Positions 59,179 through 64,000 of a stretch of 64,000 nucleotides of DNA are shown here, one piece after another. Both the position numbers and the translations under genes were made by a program. Source of the stretch: Alphaproteobacteria bacterium (GTDB lineage: Bacteria > Pseudomonadota > Alphaproteobacteria > Rickettsiales > JABCZZ01); assembly GCA_035906055.1 (NCBI GenBank), contig JAMIFV010000005.1, positions 26,996 through 90,995 of the forward strand, read 5' to 3'. The notes beneath the pieces were generated by a model. The model was not told where the DNA came from. It ran no database searches and was given only the letters and a program-made list of their open reading frames with translations. Position 1 is the stretch's first letter. Every line of letters starts with the position of its first letter.

Positions 59179-62063
59179 CCTCTGTTTGGCAATTTTCTCT
59201 CTTCTGCCAAAGTTAACATTATCATTAACCGCGCGCCACGCAGTAACGCGGGATATTCTGCGATTTTATTAATATTTTCCATGGTGCCTTCACCCAACTG
59301 CTGTCTGAATCGGGAGGACATGCACGCTAAACGAATGGCAAAATCGCACACTTCCTTGTCAGAGCAGACTCCGTATCGGGAAGCGAGTTCATGAAAGCGC
59401 TGAACACACAATGCATAATCATCCTTGAACATTTCGACGCCATCGCGCCCTAAGACCGACCCAAAACCGCCGAACCTACGATCAATGTTGCTTTGCAGTT
59501 GTTGGCGCGCGGTGGGGGTATCCTCTACATTTCGGAAAGCCTGTTCAGCCGCAGCCCAGCGCCCGCCGCAAATAATAAAGTAAATTCGTTGTGCCAGCAT
59601 CTCCACCGTATGCCTGCGCCGCATCATGGAAAACGGCCCCGCAACGGGCGCGCTGTTCCAAGCGTCGATCAGTGCCATCAGTTTAGGCACCGAGGCAAGA
59701 TCAGACGGTAAAGAATGAGTATCCGGATCGATAACAAGATCATGGAAACTGGTTGCCGTAGTCGCTGAACATGCAACGAGCATCTGTCGATGGGCACCTT
59801 TTTGCGCTATATAAAGCCCGCCAGGCGGAGGTGGCTCTATGCCCTGTAAACAGTCCTCGGCAGAAATAGCCGTGGGATGGGTGGGGTGCAGGAAGCTATA
59901 GAACTGGACTTTTAATTCCGCATCATCATCCCCTGTGTCATCGCTTAAGCGCAGGACGGTTTTACGCTGCTGCGCGGCCATCAGCCAGCGAAGCGGCAAT
60001 ACCTCGCGGTATAAAGGCACATTGAAAGCACCCATTTCCTCGGCATCGACAATAAACATGCCGCAAGTGGCACGGAGGAATATGGTGGGATCGTTTTCGC
60101 GGTCGGTGAAACGCTTGATTTGCTGAGAAAGCGCTTCTGGCGAAACAGGAATCGTAAATTTACCAATTTCTTTTTTTACTAATTCCTCACCATCGTCACG
60201 CATCAAGGCAATAGAGCATGTGACCTGCCGTCCTTCCGGGCCGTAGATGTGAATGCTGGCATCGCCTTCCAGAAAAATGTCGAGTGAAGGATCGACGGGA
60301 TCGATAAAAACGGTAAGCCCTGCATGCCCCGACAGCCCCGGCGTCCACGGTTCAGGATCTCGAACAGAAAGCAATATCCTGCCTTCGGCAATGGCCTTGT
60401 CGCTGATGGAAGATATGCCACTGCGCTCCAGCGCCGTCACAGTAACCATATGCCGCCCAGGCGGAAGATCAGGAACGCGGAAAAAAATAGGACTGCCTAC
60501 GCCAGCAGCTTCCACTATTACGGGCAGCCGACCATTAAGTTGCAGGGCATAGGCATCGACGGGCGTGTCGTGGGTAAGACCGAAACATGGTGATTCCGTT
60601 GTGAGCCATTCTCCTTGGCCTACACCATCCCAAGAACGCACAGGCATGCCCGCTGGCCACAGCCTGATAGTGCGGACTATCGAAAGCCCGAGACCTTTTA
60701 AATGATCAATAATTCCATCCGTCAGCGCTGTCGGGATGGTCAGCGATTTCGCCTGTATGCCGCTGCACTGTAGGGCGCAGGGCGTAAGCATGGGAGAATT
60801 CAGGTCGGCGCTGTGCAGCAGAATATATTTCTGTCCAGCGCGCACGATCCGGCTGGTGATTTCGCGTGCGGCGCCATCCGCCCCAATGTGGAATAGCCAG
60901 ATCGGTCCGGACGTAATGAGGCATTCGCTTTGAATGAGTTGCTCTATCTGCGGATCGGTACGCTCAAAATTAAGAACCGATCTGCCAACGCCCGGCCATG
61001 ATTCAAGTATCTTTTTGCACTCCGGCAATAGCAGCCAACCACCCGGATGCTTTCTCCCATCGGTACCGACAATGCTACAGCGTGTTCCTTTGAAAAACGT
61101 GAGCAAGTTCGGAGATTGCTTCGCCAGGGTCGAAAAACCGGAAAGCTGGATGACGACTTTCCACTCGCCGTTTCCCGCATGCCACAGCACCAGTTTCGGC
61201 CTGATATTTTGCCGCTCTTCGCCAAGCACTCGTTCGCCATATTCTTCATCGTCATCCTCGCCCAAGGATGAATTACCCAATCCGCGCATCCTGATCATTT
61301 CGACCACGCGCTTGGTTTCGCGCAGCCATTCCCGCGCGTTTTGTACTTTCTCTAGATCATCGACTATGCGCTCAAGGGTCTTTTCATAAATGTGATTACC
61401 CGCCATCGAGGAGGAGGAATCATCGTAGATAAGTGCGGTGACGATGCGGCCGACTAATTCATGCTGCTGGAGGAAATTGTCAAAGCGGGAACTGGTATAA
61501 CCCACCGAGGAAGCCAATAAACGGCCTGTTTCTGCTGGGTCGCGGAAGTTATGATGCGCAAGCTGATATTTCAGGTCGTGCAGCGTTTTTGCCATCTGCA
61601 ACTGCATATCTTTCGGCAAGATGGCATGCGTGATCGGCCAGGCGATGATGGAGAAATGCCCCGCCCACGCGCCGGTTGGTTTCACGCCCGCATAGGTCTT
61701 GTGGAACTTCCGGAACCAGTTCCGGATATAATTGCGGTAAGCGCCATACCATTGCGGGGTGCGCCGCTCGAAAGTTGTCCAGTATTCGTCGCCATCATAA
61801 TCATATCCTTGCTCGGCGGCGTAGATCACCCAAAGCAGCCAGTGGCGGCCTAGATCCGCATGTTGAATTAGAAGGCGAGATTTGAGTTGGCGAAAGACAC
61901 CCTGCATTTCGTCTTGTGTCAGCCCATGCTCTAGGGCGAAAACCGGCATGTTTTTATCTTGCCGGGACGCAGCGAGGGTTGAAAAATGCTGTTCCAGTTT
62001 GGCTTGCCACGAATCCAAATTCGCGGGGCTTATATTAACATCTTTTTGGAGTGATTCACTCAC
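59169..62063 (-). CDS. Druantia-operon protein of unknown function (964 aa)
   Basis: The GTG start overlaps the druA stop (GTGA). Long uninterrupted ORF with protein-like composition. No nucleotide-binding, nuclease or methylase motif recognised. Confidence 0.65.
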   Translation of the reverse strand: MSESLQKDVNISPANLDSWQAKLEQHFSTLAASRQDKNMPVFALEHGLTQDEMQGVFRQLKSRLLIQHADLGRHWLLWVIYAAEQGYDYDGDEYWTTFERRTPQWYGAYRNYIRNWFRKFHKTYAGVKPTGAWAGHFSIIAWPITHAILPKDMQLQMAKTLHDLKYQLAHHNFRDPAETGRLLASSVGYTSSRFDNFLQQHELVGRIVTALIYDDSSSSMAGNHIYEKTLERIVDDLEKVQNAREWLRETKRVVEMIRMRGLGNSSLGEDDDEEYGERVLGEERQNIRPKLVLWHAGNGEWKVVIQLSGFSTLAKQSPNLLTFFKGTRCSIVGTDGRKHPGGWLLLPECKKILESWPGVGRSVLNFERTDPQIEQLIQSECLITSGPIWLFHIGADGAAREITSRIVRAGQKYILLHSADLNSPMLTPCALQCSGIQAKSLTIPTALTDGIIDHLKGLGLSIVRTIRLWPAGMPVRSWDGVGQGEWLTTESPCFGLTHDTPVDAYALQLNGRLPVIVEAAGVGSPIFFRVPDLPPGRHMVTVTALERSGISSISDKAIAEGRILLSVRDPEPWTPGLSGHAGLTVFIDPVDPSLDIFLEGDASIHIYGPEGRQVTCSIALMRDDGEELVKKEIGKFTIPVSPEALSQQIKRFTDRENDPTIFLRATCGMFIVDAEEMGAFNVPLYREVLPLRWLMAAQQRKTVLRLSDDTGDDDAELKVQFYSFLHPTHPTAISAEDCLQGIEPPPPGGLYIAQKGAHRQMLVACSATTATSFHDLVIDPDTHSLPSDLASVPKLMALIDAWNSAPVAGPFSMMRRRHTVEMLAQRIYFIICGGRWAAAEQAFRNVEDTPTARQQLQSNIDRRFGGFGSVLGRDGVEMFKDDYALCVQRFHELASRYGVCSDKEVCDFAIRLACMSSRFRQQLGEGTMENINKIAEYPALLRGARLMIMLTLAEERKLPNRGWE

Positions 62064-63259
62064 GCAACTCTCGCCAATTGGCGAAGGAAGATTCGGGCAT
62101 TCACCTTAAGCAAGTGAAGCAAGTCCTCCTGCCGCCATGTTAAATATTCCGGCATGCGCTCGGCGCGCGGCCGTACCCATCGCTCCAGCGCTAATTCCGA
62201 CACCTCCCTGACCGACAGCAGGGTAGAGAGATCGGGCTTGCCTTTGCCTTCCTGTAAAAGTTTCAGGCTGTTTTCTGCCAGTTCGCAAATGAACACCTCT
62301 CGCTGGATTCCGTGCTTGAGCATATCCGCTTTGAAGCCTAACTCGGACAACGCTGCGCGCGTCGTGCGCAGCCGCCAGTTCGGGCCTTCGCCATAACGGT
62401 GCATGTCTGCGTAAGGGTGCTTGATGTCGCGGAGGTATTGCCGAAGATCGGCGAAGAGATCATCGGGGATATGAAAATGCCCCCAGCCGCCGGTGTAGCC
62501 GATAGGTTTTAGGTATTGCGTATCGCCGAGCTTCACTCGGTTATAAACGGATGAACGCCCCATCGAGGAGGATGTGGTAATGGCCAGCAAGCGGGCTTTT
62601 TTCTCCTGCCCGGAGATGATGCCCACGGTTTTTCCATACGCCTTGGCAAAATCTTTATAAACTTCCTGTGTGCGCAGAAGGCACGCCACCAGCTTCCCGA
62701 CGAGCAGAGTATTATAGGGCGGGATTGCCCCTAAAACATAGGCATCCAGAATATTTGCGAGGCGCTGACCCCTTTGTTCGCTATTCCAGCCGATCAGCTT
62801 ATCCCGAACCGAAAGATTGAAGACAGGGTCGCCAATGGCGATGATACCCATCAGTTTACCGTTGCTTTCGTCCCATACAAGGTAGCGCAAGCGCCGCCCG
62901 AACCCGTTCGAAACGGGCACCGCCCATGTTAGGGCTGCCATCCTAAATAAATCTGACTCCCATGTGTCGCTGTATACCCGTTGTAGAACGGGGCGTATTG
63001 TGGTGGGGTCAATATCAGCACCGGTGGCAAAATGCTTTGCCAACTTTGGTAGTTGATCCGTGATAAAATCTCGATTTTTTGCTAATTTTTCTTTGCGCTG
63101 TGCTAGATGTAAATCCCGTACTATTTCCTTGCCGGTGCCCGGCAGGACTAAGGCACCATCTTCACCTTTATGAAACCCCAATTTCACAAGATGTCTTCTA
63201 AGGCGCCGTTTTAGATTTGCCTCGCGTGTAAAGGCGGGAATTGCAGTGCAATTGCTCAT
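62060..63259 (-). CDS. druA: DruA-like protein (DUF4338-like)
   Basis: GFGRRLRYLVWDESNGKLMGIIAIGDPVFNLSVRDKLIGWNSEQRGQRLANILDAYVLGAIPPYNTLLVGKLVA matches my recollection of the DUF4338 core (RyLv.D...G..lG...f...a..l..RD.wIGW). The start is set at the ATG at 63259, preceded by aggggag-8 nt; alternatives are ATG 63298 and GTG 63310. Confidence 0.7.
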   Translation of the reverse strand: MSNCTAIPAFTREANLKRRLRRHLVKLGFHKGEDGALVLPGTGKEIVRDLHLAQRKEKLAKNRDFITDQLPKLAKHFATGADIDPTTIRPVLQRVYSDTWESDLFRMAALTWAVPVSNGFGRRLRYLVWDESNGKLMGIIAIGDPVFNLSVRDKLIGWNSEQRGQRLANILDAYVLGAIPPYNTLLVGKLVACLLRTQEVYKDFAKAYGKTVGIISGQEKKARLLAITTSSSMGRSSVYNRVKLGDTQYLKPIGYTGGWGHFHIPDDLFADLRQYLRDIKHPYADMHRYGEGPNWRLRTTRAALSELGFKADMLKHGIQREVFICELAENSLKLLQEGKGKPDLSTLLSVREVSELALERWVRPRAERMPEYLTWRQEDLLHLLKVNARIFLRQLARVA

Positions 63260-63383
63260 TGATATATCTCCCCTAGGGGCACTCTCGTTTTTAGTCATAT
63301 GGCCCCGCACAAACTACCAAGTAAGTGTGTTGTTGCAAACACTTAAAACCGATCAGGATAACCGACTATTAACTGCGGTGCGT

Positions 63384-63422
63384 GTGCAGCGGGGAAGTTG
63401 GGAGCAACTTCCCGCACTGCAC
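63384..63422. terminator. GC-rich hairpin downstream of the outer-membrane-protein gene
   Basis: gtgcagcggggaagtt-gggagc-aacttcccgcactgcac is a long imperfect stem 13 nt after the stop at 63435. No U tract on either strand, so its function as a terminator is uncertain. Confidence 0.4.
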
Positions 63423-63434
63423 AGCCGATACAAA

Positions 63435-64000
63435 CTAGAACGAGTAGCTTACGCCGAGCGCGCCAGTCCATGCGCCATCGGCAGTTTTGATGCCAGCATC
63501 TTTGAACTGGACATCGATGTAGCGCACCATGCCGCGAACGCTCAGGTTGTTATCGAAATTATATTGCAAGCCAGCACCTAAACGCAGTGCTGTGTCGCTG
63601 ATATCATCCTTAGCGCTGCCGCCACCCAGATTGAGGCCACCAGCGACGATAGTGCCGCTCAGTTCGGTATGCGCTTTATAGCGACCGATACCCACGGAGC
63701 CGATGGCTTCCAGCTTGTCCGCGAGGGGCACATAGCCGTTGGCATCGATATGCCAGCCGTCGATCCAGGTTTCAGTTTTGCCAGAGGTGCCAGCTAGGAA
63801 ATCCGCGCCCGACAGGCTTTTGTCTTCCTCAGTGGTGCGGAGGTAGCCAGCTTCCAAACCGAAGTGGTTGCCGATGCGCACACCAATATTCGGTACGATC
63901 CCATGGTAGCTATCGGCGTAGGGCTTGCCCGAAAAATCATTGACCGTGTTGGCATCCAGATCGAATGCCTGATTTTTAATGCTGGCACCGATATAAATGT
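63435..64000 (-). CDS. outer-membrane beta-barrel protein (partial; 5' end beyond the window)
   Basis: The frame stays open to the window edge. My translation upstream of the listed ORF reads IYIGASIKNQAFDLDANTVNDFSGKPYADSYHGIVPNIGVRIGNHF.... It shows an alternating beta-strand pattern and a C-terminal ...GALGVSYSF with terminal Phe. Confidence 0.7.
   Translation of the reverse strand, partial: IYIGASIKNQAFDLDANTVNDFSGKPYADSYHGIVPNIGVRIGNHFGLEAGYLRTTEEDKSLSGADFLAGTSGKTETWIDGWHIDANGYVPLADKLEAIGSVGIGRYKAHTELSGTIVAGGLNLGGGSAKDDISDTALRLGAGLQYNFDNNLSVRGMVRYIDVQFKDAGIKTADGAWTGALGVSYSF

Larger units (their letters stand above)
43531..63434. mobile_element. tRNA-Cys-associated genomic island (integrase, AlpA, primase backbone plus defence cargo); right end unresolved
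   Basis: A P4-type integrase starts 168 nt after the tRNA 3' end, followed by an excisionase and a primase/P-loop gene. Composition is more A+T-rich than the core (by eye). I could not find a direct repeat of the tRNA 3' end inside the window, so the right boundary is only a guess. Confidence 0.55.

Overview
The window looks like an alphaproteobacterial chromosome: PopZ/DUF2497, a short alpha-type ProRS and an mce-DUF1467 pair are all present. Positions 1-43.5 kb are mostly core genes (dapE-dapD, proS, lolC/E-lolD, nadC/nadA, thiC, mutY, gluQ, pyrG-secG-tpiA, a ppiD-like gene, trpE...trpGDC, pcm). This core is heavily colonised by three families of palindromic, MITE-like repeats. One half-element sits in frame inside mutY, and two 220-bp MITE copies are each inserted at the TA of a stop codon. 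At 43.5 kb a tRNA-Cys(GCA) is followed by a P4-type integrase, an AlpA-like excisionase and a RepB'-like primase/P-loop protein. This is a tRNA-targeting genomic island and appears more A+T-rich by eye. Its cargo, and the main finding, is a tightly coupled five-gene minus-strand operon of about 12.8 kb (50522-63310). It encodes a DUF4338-like DruA, two motif-less proteins (964 and 365 aa), an 1855-aa DEAH helicase with Cys4 DUF1998-type modules (DruE-like), and a NERD + UvrD-like SF1 helicase translationally coupled to druE. DruA plus DruE marks it as Druantia type I-like, but the gene content is non-canonical: two middle genes instead of three, and an extra nuclease-helicase. It may therefore be an undescribed Druantia variant. 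Secondary observations are listed in the findings: an SdhA-type flavoprotein in the nadB position, three foreign genes splitting the trp operon, an integrase remnant at tRNA-Glu, a frameshifted saccharopine-dehydrogenase-like gene, a candidate sRNA and a glycine-zipper membrane-protein operon. All calls come from reading the sequence and translations. No database search was run.
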